From the NCBI GenBank assembly GCA_964016885.1, contig OZ024741.1, forward strand, positions 10,168,001-10,232,000: DNA of 64,000 nt. Direction: 5' to 3'. Shown one piece after another: positions 11,413-21,925 of this stretch (position 1 is the stretch's first letter; every line of letters begins with the position of its first letter). This stretch comes from Eledone cirrhosa (lineage: Eukaryota). The notes under the pieces were generated by a model that was given only the letters and a program-made list of their open reading frames with translations, did no database searches and was not told the DNA's origin. The position numbers and the translations under genes are program-made.

Positions 11413-11426
11413 ATTACCAATTTCGA

Positions 11427-11621
11427 AGGCTGGTGGATTGGCAGTATCACTAGAAAGTCGGACGCCATGCTTTGCAGCAAAGAATTACGGCCCTTTATGG
11501 TCTGAGTTAAAATCCTGCCGAGGTTAACTTCACATTTCATCCTTACGTGGTCGAGGAAATAAAGTACCAGTAATACACTGGGATAATTCCTGGCCTTGTG
11601 CAAAAAGTAGAAAAAATTATT
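11427..11621 (+). mobile_element. tRNA-derived SINE, second family, diverged
   Basis: TGGCAGTATC A-box-like and GAGTTAAAATCC B-box-like motifs, body TTTCATCCTTACGTGGTCGA...AAGTACCAG, tail CTGGCCTTGTGC...ATTATT. Related pieces at 10836, 13997 and 15956. Confidence 0.72.
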
Positions 11622-11681
11622 AAAATTCATCTCATCAAATGTCGAGTATTACAATTGAAAAGAATTAATAAGAATTAAAAA

Positions 11682-13438
11682 CTAAATATTAAATATTTAA
11701 AATTAAGTGTTGGAGTAAGTTATTTTAAATAACATTTCTTGCTCAGAAGTGGACTGGAGAATGTGTTGTTGTGTATAGAGAGGTGTGTAGTGATGACAGT
11801 AACAGCCATGTTGGTTGTTGTGTATAGAGAGGTGTGTAGTGATGACAGTAACAGCCATGTTGGTAGTTGTGTATAGAGAGGTGTGTAGTGATGACAGTAA
11901 CAACCATGTTGGTTGTTGTGTATAGAGAGGTGTGTAGTGATGACAGTAACAGCCATGTTGGTCGTTGTGTATAGAGAGGTGTGTAGTGATGACAGTAACA
12001 ACCATGTTGGTTGTTGTGTATAGAGAGGTGTGTAGTGATGACAGTAACAGCCATGTTGGTAGTTGTGTATAGAGAGATGTGTAGTGATGACAGTAACAGC
12101 CATGTTGGTAGTTGTGTATAGAGAGGTGTGTAGTGATGACAGTAACAGCCATGTTGGTTGTTGTGTATAGAGAGGTGTGTAGTGATGACAGTAACAGCCA
12201 TGTTGGTTGTTGTGTATAGAGAGGTGTGTAGTGATGACAGTAACAGCCATGTTGGTCGTTGTGTATAGAGAGGTGTGTAGTGATGACAGTAACAACCATG
12301 TTGGTTGTTGTGTATAGAGAGGTGTGTAGTGATGACAGTAACAGCCATGTTGGTAGTTGTGTATAGAGAGATGTGTAGTGATGACAGTAACAGCCATGTT
12401 GGTAGTTGTGTATAGAGAGGTGTGTAGTGATGACAGTAACAGCCATGTTGGTTGTTGTGTATAGAGAGGTGTGTAGTGATGACAGTAACAGCCATGTTGG
12501 TTGTTGTGTATAGAGAGGTGTGTAGTGATGACAGTAACAGCCATGTTGGTTGTTGTGTATAGAGAGATGTGTAGTGATGACAGTAACAGCCATGTTGGTT
12601 GTTGTGTATAGAGAGATGTGTAGTGATGACAGTAACAGCCATGTTGGTAGTTGTGTATAGAGAGGTGTGTAGTGATGACAGTAACAGCCATGTTGGTTGT
12701 TGTGTATTGTGTATAGAGAGATGTGTAGTGATGACAGTAACAGCCATGTTGGTAGTTGTGTATAGAGAGGTGTGTAGTGATGACAGTAACAGCCATGTTG
12801 GTTGTTGTGTATAGAGAGGTGTGTAGTGATGACAGTAACAGCCATGTTGGTTGTTGTGTATAGAGAGATGTGTAGTGATGACAGTAACAGCCATGTTGGT
12901 TGTTGTGTATAGAGAGATGTGTAGTGATGACAGTAACAGCCATGTTGGTTGTTGTGTATAGAGAGATGTGTAGTGATGACAGTAACAGCCATGTTGGTTG
13001 TTGTGTATAGAGAGGTGTGTAGTGATGACAGTAACAGCCATGTTGTTTGTTGTGTATAGAGAGATGTGTAGTGATGACAGTAACAGCCATGTTGGTTGTT
13101 GTGTATTGTGTATAGAGAGGTGTGTAGATGACAGTAACAGCCATGTTGGTAGTTGTGTATAGAGAGGTGTGTAGTGATGACAGTAACAGCCATGTTGGTT
13201 GTTGTGTATAGAGAGGTGTGTAGTGATGACAGTAACAGCCATGTTGGTTGTTGTGTATAGAGAGGTGTGTAGTGATGACAGTAACAGCCATGTTGGTTGT
13301 TGTGTATAGAGAGGTGTGTAGTGATGACAGTAACAGCCATGTTGGTTGTTGAGTTTCTTCATAGAACAAAAATGTTTGAGCAAGGAAGATGGGGAAATAA
13401 CTTACTCCAACACTTAATTTTAAATATTTAATTTTTAG
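11682..13438. mobile_element. Inverted-repeat-bounded element (MITE/fold-back-like) carrying a minisatellite
   Basis: 11682-11725 and 13395-13438 are inverted repeats matching at 43/44. A further short inverted match, CTTGCTCA/TGAGCAAG, lies internally. No target-site duplication is evident. Confidence 0.7.
11765..13351 (+). repeat. 49-bp minisatellite, ~32 copies
   Basis: Unit TTGTTGTGTATAGAGAGGTGTGTAGTGATGACAGTAACAGCCATGTTGG. The 49-aa periodicity appears in all three minus-strand frames. Confidence 0.97.
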
Positions 13439-13440
13439 CT

Positions 13441-13988
13441 TGGTGGTGGTGGTGGCGGTGGTGATGGTGGTAGTGGTGATGGTGGTGGTGGTAGTCGTGG
13501 TGGTGGTGGTGGTGGTGGTGGTGGTGATGGTGGTGGTGGTGATGGTGGTAGTAGTGGTGGTGGTGGTGGTGGTTGTGATGGTGGTGGTGGTGGTGATTGT
13601 GGTAGTAGTGGTGGTAGTGGTGGTGGTGGTGGTGATGGTGGTAGTGGTGATGGTGGTGGTGGAAGCGGCGGTGGTGGTGGTGGTGTCGGTATTAGTGGTG
13701 GTGCTGTCGGTGGTAATGGTGGTGGTGGTGGTATGGTGGTGGTGGTGGTGGTGGTGTCGGTGGTAATGGTGGTAGTGGTGGTGGTGGTGGTGGTGGTGGT
13801 GGTAGTGGTGGTGGTGGTGGTGGTGGTGGTGATGGTGGTAGTGGTGATGGTGGTGGTGGTAGTGGTGGTGGTAGTGTTGGTGGTGGTGTCGGTGGTGATG
13901 GTGGTGGTGGTGGTGTCGGTGGTGGTAGTGGTGGTGGTGGTGTCAGTGGTGGTGTCGGTGGTATGGTGGTGGTGATGGTGGTGGTGGA
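13441..13988 (+). repeat. Degenerate (GGT)n microsatellite
   Basis: Direct reading. Confidence 0.96.
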
Positions 13989-13996
13989 AAATTGGT

Positions 13997-14118
13997 CCCA
14001 GTACCTAATGTTATCGATCCAGTGAGGATGAAAGGAAAAGATAATGGGATTTGAACTGAGAACACACAGGGACGTAACTATATGCCGCAAAATATTTTGT
14101 CCGATACTTTAACAATCA
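13997..14118 (-). mobile_element. Decayed SINE fragment, same family as 11427-11621
   Basis: GTACCTAATGTTATCGATCCAGTGAGGATGAAAGG...GGATTTGAACTGAGA is the reverse complement of the B box and body of that family. Confidence 0.55.
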
Positions 14119-14223
14119 TTAACAGTATTCTGTATTATCTACAATGATTACAAGTGTGCTGGGATATAATGAGAGGATAAAGGTGGAGATGATATAAAAT
14201 AGACAATATGCTATGTACCAAAG

Positions 14224-14258
<35 letters not shown>

Positions 14259-14270
14259 GGAACCAGCAAA

Positions 14271-14364
14271 ACCCCGACGGCTGAGCTCAAGCCGTTTCGA
14301 CGGCTAATTCTGGACTAAATGAAAATTTATCCTGGTATTTAAGTAGCCGAGCTTCTCAAGGGGT
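14271..14364 (-). ncRNA. Type I hammerhead ribozyme, U3-A8 variant (inverted copy)
   Basis: Minus strand reads ACCCC-TTGAGAA-GCTCGGCTA...TAGCCGTC-GAAA-CGGCT TGAGCTC AGCCG-TC-GGGGT. It lies within 14257-14400, an inverted copy of 16539-16683. Confidence 0.82.
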
Positions 14365-14397
14365 AATTCCATATATGGTCAAAGTGATTGTCACAAG

Positions 14398-14512
14398 GAT
14401 GATGATGATGAAAATGGCGATGATGATATTGATGATTGGAGATGATGCCAACTGCACGGACATCAACCTTATCCGCAACAACAATAACAACAACAACAAT
14501 AATAACAGCAGC

Positions 14513-14545
<33 letters not shown>

Positions 14546-14626
14546 AACAACTACAACAACCACAATAACAACAACAATAACAACGGCAACAACAGCAACA
14601 ACAACACAAACAGCAGCAGCAACAGC

Positions 14627-14664
<38 letters not shown>

Positions 14665-14695
14665 GAGCAACAACAACAACAGCAAGGACAACAGC

Positions 14696-14746
<51 letters not shown>

Positions 14747-14781
14747 AACAACAACAACAACAGCAACAGCAGCAACAACAA

Positions 14782-14822
<41 letters not shown>

Positions 14823-14980
14823 GCAACAACAGCAACAACAGCAACAACAACAGCAGCAACAACAACAACAACAACAACAACAACAGCAACAACAACAACA
14901 GCAACAACAACAACAGCAACAACAACAACAGCAGCAGCAACGACAACAACAACAGCAACAACAGCAACAACAACAGCAGC

Positions 14981-15026
<46 letters not shown>

Positions 15027-15227
15027 GCAACGACAACAACAGCAACAACAACAGCAGCAGCAACGACAACAACAACAGCAACAACAGCAACAACAACAGC
15101 AGCAACAACAACAACAACAACAACAGCAACAACAACAACAGCAGCAGCAACGACAACAACAACAACAACAACAACAACAACAGCAGCAGCAACGACAACA
15201 ACAACAACAGCAACAACAACAGCAACG

Positions 15228-15264
<37 letters not shown>

Positions 15265-15571
15265 AAACAGCAACCAGAACAACAACAACAACAACAACAA
15301 CAACAGCAGCAGCAGCAACGACAACACAACAGCAACAACAGCAACTACAGCAACAACAACAACAACAACAGCAGCAACGATAACAACAACAACAGCAGCA
15401 GCAGCAACGACAACAACAACAACAACAACAGTAACGACAACAACAGCAACGACAACAACAGCAACAACAACAACCACAACAGCAACAGCAACAACAGCAA
15501 CAACAGCAACAGCAACAACAACAACAGCAACAACAACAACAACAACAACAGCAACAGCAACAACAACAACT

Positions 15572-15607
<36 letters not shown>

Positions 15608-15750
15608 GCAGCAGCAACAACAACAACAACAGCAATCACAAATGCTGTTGAAGACGATGGAAAGTTTTGAATAGAAGATGGTTTTAGTGGTTAGTAAATA
15701 AGTGGAAATGAGTTCGTCTTTCTTCATCAGCAATAAAACTGCAATAACTG
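14398..15750 (+). repeat. Copy 1 of a local direct duplication containing an (AAC/AGC)n tract
   Basis: The unique flanks of the tract (GATTGGAGATGATGCCAACTGCACGGACATCAACC... and AATCACAAATGCTGTTGAAGACG...GCAATAACTG) match 17737-19176. Confidence 0.93.
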
Positions 15751-15955
15751 TTTCTCGTTTATTCAGTATTTCTTTCTTCTCTTTTATTTTGGGCGGGGTG
15801 GATTCTGAATTAATTTTCCGTATTCTACTTTTACTTCGTACGAACTTTCATGTAGCTTGTATAAGAAATTTTGTAGCGTGGGGTACCCTTAGAGTTAGCA
15901 TTAGTGTATTTTTTTCGGGACTCTGATTTATTTTTTCGTACTAGTTTACTTATCT

Positions 15956-16037
15956 GCACTGGGTGGTTGCTGGCCTTGTGCCTGGGGTAGAAACCTTTAT
16001 TAATTATTGTGCCTGGGGTAGAAACCTTTATTAATTA
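15956..16037 (+). mobile_element. SINE 3'-tail fragment with a 31-bp tandem duplication
   Basis: GCACTGGG..GCTGGCCTTGTGCC...AGAAAC, as at 10836. 15976-16006 is repeated at 16007-16037. Confidence 0.6.
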
Positions 16038-16199
16038 CTTCGTGGTAGTTTCTTTAGTATTTTGCCCCCCCCCCCCACACACACATACACACACACTTTG
16101 TTGCCCCGTCACCGTATGATATACGTACTTATACCTCTTAAAAGGGTCCTTTCCTATTCCGTCCCACCTAGTTTATTTATTTATTATTTTTTTATTTTT

Positions 16200-16234
<35 letters not shown>

Positions 16235-16574
16235 GCCTAGCTATAGCGAGAGACTTAGGTCGTAGAATTTGCTTTTTTTTTTTCTTTACATTTATTTGCT
16301 TTTTATCACTCTCAGTATTTTTTTTATATATTTTTACCCCTCATTGTTCTACCTACCGTTTCGACTTCCTCCCCTCCCTCTCCCTAGTATCTTCTTTGAC
16401 CTCACGCCCAGCTGTAGCTGGCACTACCAATGCATAAATGGGTCTACTCCACCCCCTCCCCTTTTCTCCTACTGGCTGGTTTAGCTACCCCTTCCCCCAC
16501 AAATTTGCCATCACAGAATTACTACTAACTTGTGACCAATCCTTGTGACAATCACTTTGACCATATATGGAATT

Positions 16575-16668
16575 ACCCCTTGAGAAGCTCGGCTATTTAA
16601 ATACCAGGATAAATTTTCATTTAGTCCAGAATTAGCCGTCGAAACGGCTTGAACTCAGCCGTCGGGGT
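16575..16668 (+). ncRNA. Type I hammerhead ribozyme, U3-A8 variant, GUC cleavage triplet
   Basis: Stem I ACCCC(16575)/GGGGT(16664); core TTGAGAA 16580-16586; stem II CGGCTA/TAGCCG with a long structured loop; GAAA 16641-16644; stem III CGGCT/AGCCG; predicted cleavage after C16663. The element's 3' end at 16761 abuts (TA)n. Confidence 0.85.
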
Positions 16669-16876
16669 CTTACTGGTTCCTATTACCCACTCTACTACCC
16701 TAAGTATTGAGTACTTTGGTGCGTTATGGTCCACCTGGTTCCTTACCACATTTCCTTCGTTATATATATATATATAGTAATAATAATAAATTTGAAGACT
16801 AAAATCCAAAGAGGGCTCGATAAGGATAAATATATATAAAATATATAAGAACCGTAGAGCAAATATTTATTAAAAG

Positions 16877-16985
16877 AACAGATTAAAGTTTAAGCAAAGA
16901 ATCGGTGGTTTCACCCTTAACGGGATCTTCAGAAGATCCCGTTAAGGGTGAAAGCAGCGATTATTTGCTTAAACTTTAATCTGTT
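16877..16985. repeat. Palindrome centred on a hammerhead core
   Basis: 54-bp arms around A16931 with 3 mismatches. The minus strand from 16932 reads CTGAAGA-T CCC GTTAA GGG T-GAAA. Confidence 0.8.
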
Positions 16986-17263
16986 ATTTAAAGAAAGAAA
17001 TAAATAAATAAATATATATATATATATATATATAAATATAAATTCAGCGAGAATCGTATTTCGGCGGGTAGAAAAGCGAAACGAAACGCCAAATCGTAGA
17101 AATGCTGGCAAGCGCTCCAATAGTTAAGGAAACTAGTGCTAAACAACATGTTAAAACGCCATACAAACTGAAAAAGTGGTCAAGACGACATTAACCACCC
17201 AAGCCAAATAACAAATCAAGCGAAACAGGTCAAACAAAATAAATGATAATATATATATATAAA

Positions 17264-17318
<55 letters not shown>

Positions 17319-17387
17319 TTTTAATATAGATGAGATTCTACAGGACTAGAACTGTTTCATTCCTGTAGAATCTCATCTATATTAAAA
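17319..17387. repeat. 27-bp-arm hairpin abutting (TA)n
   Basis: 17319-17345 and 17361-17387 are perfect inverted repeats with a 15-nt loop. Confidence 0.88.
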
Positions 17388-17455
17388 ATTTTATACTCTG
17401 CAATGTATTGAGTACCTTACTTACTGTGGTTACCTCCGATTCAACCCGGAATAAC

Positions 17456-17498
<43 letters not shown>

Positions 17499-17736
17499 AA
17501 TAAACAAAGAAGGACTCTGCGAAGAGGTAGAAACGGCTACATAGGGTGGGCCAGGAAGCCCTAAAACCATGGCTCACCCTCTCCCCAATGCCACAACCAT
17601 ACTTCGAACTGTAGCCCTCTTTAGCCTAGAAACCATTATTGACCCAGCTGAATATTGGTTACTTTCTCTGGTTCCACAACTGTTTTATAACAACCACCAT
17701 GATTATAATAATGTGGACGACGATGGCGATGATGAT

Positions 17737-18041
17737 GATGATGATGATGATAATGGCGATGATGATATTGATGATTGGAGATGATGCCAACTGCACGGAC
17801 ATCAACCTTATCCGCAACAACAATAACAACAACAACAATAACAGCAGCAACAATAACAACAACAACAATAACAACTACAACAACCACAATAACAACAACA
17901 ACAATGATATCGGCAACAACAGCAACAACAACAATAACAACAACAACAACAGCAGCAGCTTCAACAACAACAACAACAACAACAGCAACAACAAGAGCAA
18001 CAACAAGAACAGCAAAGACAACAACAACAGCAACAACAACA

Positions 18042-18074
<33 letters not shown>

Positions 18075-18115
18075 GCAACAACAACAACAACAACAACAAC
18101 AACAGCAACACCAGC

Positions 18116-18152
<37 letters not shown>

Positions 18153-18360
18153 GCAACAACAACAAGAGCAACAAGAACAACAGCAACAACAACAACAGCA
18201 ACAACAACAACAACAACAGCAACAGCAACAACAACAATATTAGCAACAACAACAACGACAGCAACAACAACAACAACAGCAACACAAAAACAGCAACAAC
18301 AGCAACAACAACAACAACAACAACAACAGCAGCAACAACAACGACAACAACAACAACAAT

Positions 18361-18394
<34 letters not shown>

Positions 18395-18395
18395 G

Positions 18396-18427
<32 letters not shown>

Positions 18428-18542
18428 ACAACAACAACAAAAACAACAACAACAACAACAACAACAACAGCAGCAGCACCGACAACAACAACATCAACAG
18501 CAACAACAACAGCAACAACAAAAACAACAACAACAATAACAG

Positions 18543-18574
<32 letters not shown>

Positions 18575-18625
18575 ACAGCAACAACAACAACAACAACAAC
18601 AACAGCAACAACAGCAACAGCAACA

Positions 18626-18660
<35 letters not shown>

Positions 18661-18729
18661 AACAACAACAACAGCAACAACAACAACAACAACAGCAGCA
18701 GCAGCAGTAACAACAGCAGCAACAACAGC

Positions 18730-18766
<37 letters not shown>

Positions 18767-18807
18767 GCAACAACAACAACAACAACAACAGCAGCAACAA
18801 CAACAGC

Positions 18808-18838
<31 letters not shown>

Positions 18839-18900
18839 GCAACAACAACAGCAACAACAACAGCAACAACAACAACAACAACAACAGCAACAACAACAGC

Positions 18901-18931
<31 letters not shown>

Positions 18932-19176
18932 GCAACAACAGCAACAACAGCAACAGCAACAACAACAACAGCAACAACAACAACAACAACAACAGCAACA
19001 AGAACAGCAACAACAACAGCAACAACAACAACAGCAGCAGCAACAACATCAACAACAGCAATCACAAATGCTGTTGAAGACGATGGAAAGTTTTGAATAG
19101 AAGATGGTTTTAGTGGTTAGTAAATAAGTGGAAATGAGTTCGGCTTTCTTCATCAGCAATAAAACTGCAATAACTG
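17737..19176 (+). repeat. Copy 2 (probable donor) of the local duplication with an (AAC/AGC)n tract
   Basis: Matches 14398-15750 in the unique parts. The repeat tract differs in length and variant order. Confidence 0.93.
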
Positions 19177-19604
19177 CTTGCCAATGGAAACATCAATTAT
19201 TGTTACTATTATTATTATTACTACTATTATTACTATTATTATTACTATTATTATTACTATTATTATTACCGTCATCATCATCATCAACATCAACAGCAGC
19301 AGTAGAAGCAGCAGCACTGTCACTATTTGCATCGTAATACACAGCAATTATTCTCGTTGACAAAACGTTACGTTACAATGAAGCTTGATAGCGTTTTATG
19401 ATTCTAACGGATGTGATATAAACGGGAATTATGGGAAAATGATAGGTTTTTCGAGCCAATTCCGTGACATTCTACATTTTCTCTTGTCAACCGTTAAGAC
19501 AAAAGCATGAAGGGTTAAACATGTGTTTATGATGATAACATCTGATTTCCGGTAGGTTTTCAGTTCCAGAGATGACAACAACAGCAACAAACAGATGACA
19601 ATAA

Positions 19605-19825
19605 TAGAAGGATAGAAAGAAAGAAGGAAATTAAGAATGAAAGAAGGAAAGAAAGAAGTGAAGAAAAAGGTAAGACAGAAAAAAGAAAAGAGAGGAAAAC
19701 AGAAAGAAAAAAAGAAAGACAGAAACAAGGGAGGAAACAAAGACAGAAAGGAGGATATAAATAAATAAAGACAGAAGGGAGGAAAGAAAAAAAGAAAGAA
19801 AGAAGGAAAGAAAGCTAGGGGAGGA
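19605..19825 (+). repeat. Purine-rich (AAAG-like) low-complexity tract
   Basis: Direct reading. Confidence 0.85.
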
Positions 19826-19931
19826 TACATATGAGTGAAATAATTTTCTTGTATTATTTATGGTTATGATTTAGTCATAAAATATGGAGAACTACTAACA
19901 TTACGTTGTGTTAATGGTTGTATAACTACCA

Positions 19932-21745
19932 TGGTGGTGGTGGTGGTGGTGGTGGTAGTGGTGGTGGTGGTGGTGGTGGTGGTGGTGGCGGTGGTGGTGG
20001 CGGGGGGGGAGTAACGGTGGTGGTAGTGGTGGTAGTGGTGGTGGTGGTGTTGGTGATGGTGTTGGGAGTGGTGGTGGTGGTGGTGTTGGTGGTAGTGGTA
20101 GTGGTGTTGGTGGTGGTGGTGGTGGTGGTAGTGGCGGTGTTGGTGATGGTGGTGGTGGTAGTGGGGGTAGTGGTGGTAGTGGTGGTAGTGGTGATGTTGG
20201 TGATGGTGATGGTGATGGTGTTGGGAGTGGTGGTGTTGGTGGTGGTGGTGGTGGTGGTGGTGATGGTGGTAATGGTGTTGGTGGTGGTGGTGGTGGTGTT
20301 GGTGTTGGTAGTGGTGGTGTTGGTGGAGTTGGTGGTAGTGGTAGTGGTGTTGGTGGTGGTGGTGGTGGTGGTAGTGGGGGTAGTGGTGTTAGTGGTGGTA
20401 GTGGTGGTGTTGGTGATGGTGATGGTGTTGGGAGTGGTGGTGGAGGTGGTGGTGCTGATAATGGTAGTGGTGGTGGTGGTGGTAATGGTGGTGGTGGTAG
20501 TGGTGGTGGTAATGGTGATGGTGGTGGTAGTGGTGGTGATGGTGATGAGGGTAGTAGTGGTGGTGGTGGTGGTTGTGGTGGTGGTGGTGGTGGTGGTGAT
20601 GATGGTATTGGTGGTGGTGGTGGTGGTGGAGGTGGTGGTGGTGGTGGTGGTATTGGTGGTGATGGTGGTGGTCGTGGTGGTGGTAGTGATGGTGGTGGTG
20701 GTGTTGATGGTGGTAGTTGTGGTGATGGTGGTGGTGATGGTGGTGGTGCTGGTGGTGGTAGTGGTGGTAGTGGTGGTGGTGTTGGTAGTGGTGGTGATGG
20801 TGGTGGTTGTGGTGGTGGAAGTGATGGTGGTGGTGGGGGTAGTGGTGGTGGTTGTGGTAGTGGTTGTGGTGGTGGTGGTGGTGGTGGTGGTAGTGGGGGT
20901 AGTGGTGGTAGTGGTGGTAGTGGTGGTAGTGGTGGTGTTGGTGATGGTGGTGGTGTTGGGAGTGGTGGTGGAGGTGGTTATGGTGATGATGGTAGTGGTG
21001 GTGGTGGTGGAGGTAGTGGTGGTGGTGGTGGTAGTGGTGGTGGTGGTGGTGGTGTGGTGGTGGTAATGGTGATGGTGGTGGTAGTGGTGGTGATGGTGAT
21101 GGGGGTAGTAGTGGTGGTGGTGGTGGTTGTGTTGGTGGTGGTGGTGGTGATGATAGTAGTGGTGGTGGTGGTGGTGGTGGTGGTGGTGGTGGTGGTGGTG
21201 GTGGTGGTGGTGGTGGTAGTGATGGTGGTGGTGATGGTGGTGGTTGTGGTGGTGGTAGTGATGGTGGTGGTGGTGTTCATGGTGGTAGTTGTGGTGATCG
21301 TGGTGGTGATGGTGGTGATGGTGGTGATGGTGGTAGTGGTGGTAGTGGTGGTGGTGTTGGTAGTGGTGGTGATGGTGGTGGTTGTGGTTGTGGTAGTGAT
21401 GGTGGTGATGGTGGGGGTAGTGGTGGTGGTGGTGATAGTGGTGGTGGTGGTGGTGGTGGTGGTGGTGATGGTGCTGATGGTGTTGGTGATGGTATCGATG
21501 GTGGTAGAGATGATGGCGGCGGTGGTTGTGGTGTTGGTGGTGATGGTGGTGGTGGTGGGTTTGGTGGTGATGATGGTAGTGGTGATAGTGGTGGTGGTGA
21601 TGGTGGTGATGGTGGTGGAGGTGTGGGGTGGGGGTAGTGTGTGTGTGGGGGGGATGGTAGTGGTGGTGGTGGTGGTTGTCCTCGTGGTGGTGATGGTGGT
21701 GATGGTGGTGGTAATGTGATGGTGGTGGTGGTGGAAGTGGTGGTA
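19932..21745 (+). repeat. 1.8-kb degenerate (GGT)n array
   Basis: GGT with GAT, AGT and GTT variants. Followed by a short opposite-polarity (CAC/TAC) tract at ~21760-21850. Confidence 0.96.
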
Positions 21746-21925
21746 TCAGCTCTACCAATATACTACCACCACTACCACCATACTACCACCGCTACCACCA
21801 TACTACAACCACCAACATACTATCATCACTACCACTATACTACCACCTCTACCTTTCCTACTATGACGCAAATATAAACACAACATCCTTAACAACTACA
21901 ATAAAAATAATAAAACTAAGAACCT

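Noticed and set aside
11703-13383. Three overlapping ~545-aa His/Cys/Thr-rich ORFs on the minus strand
   Set aside because: The 49-bp unit has no minus-strand stop and is not a multiple of 3, so all frames give the same cyclic peptide. Not evidence of a gene.
15705-15735. Minus-strand CTGATGA...GAAC (also ~19135-19160) as a hammerhead
   Set aside because: No stem II, no GAAA and no stem I.
17165-17240. CTGAAAA...GCGAAACAGGTC in a TA-flanked island, sharing 12 nt with the 3.4-kb element
   Set aside because: The 5' core is non-canonical and I found no stem I or stem II pairing.
19500-19520. GAAGGGTTAA as a piggyBac-type terminus
   Set aside because: No matching TTAACCC left end was found nearby.
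14339-21758. Poly-Asn, poly-Thr, poly-Val, poly-His and poly-Cys ORFs
   Set aside because: Translations of trinucleotide microsatellites.
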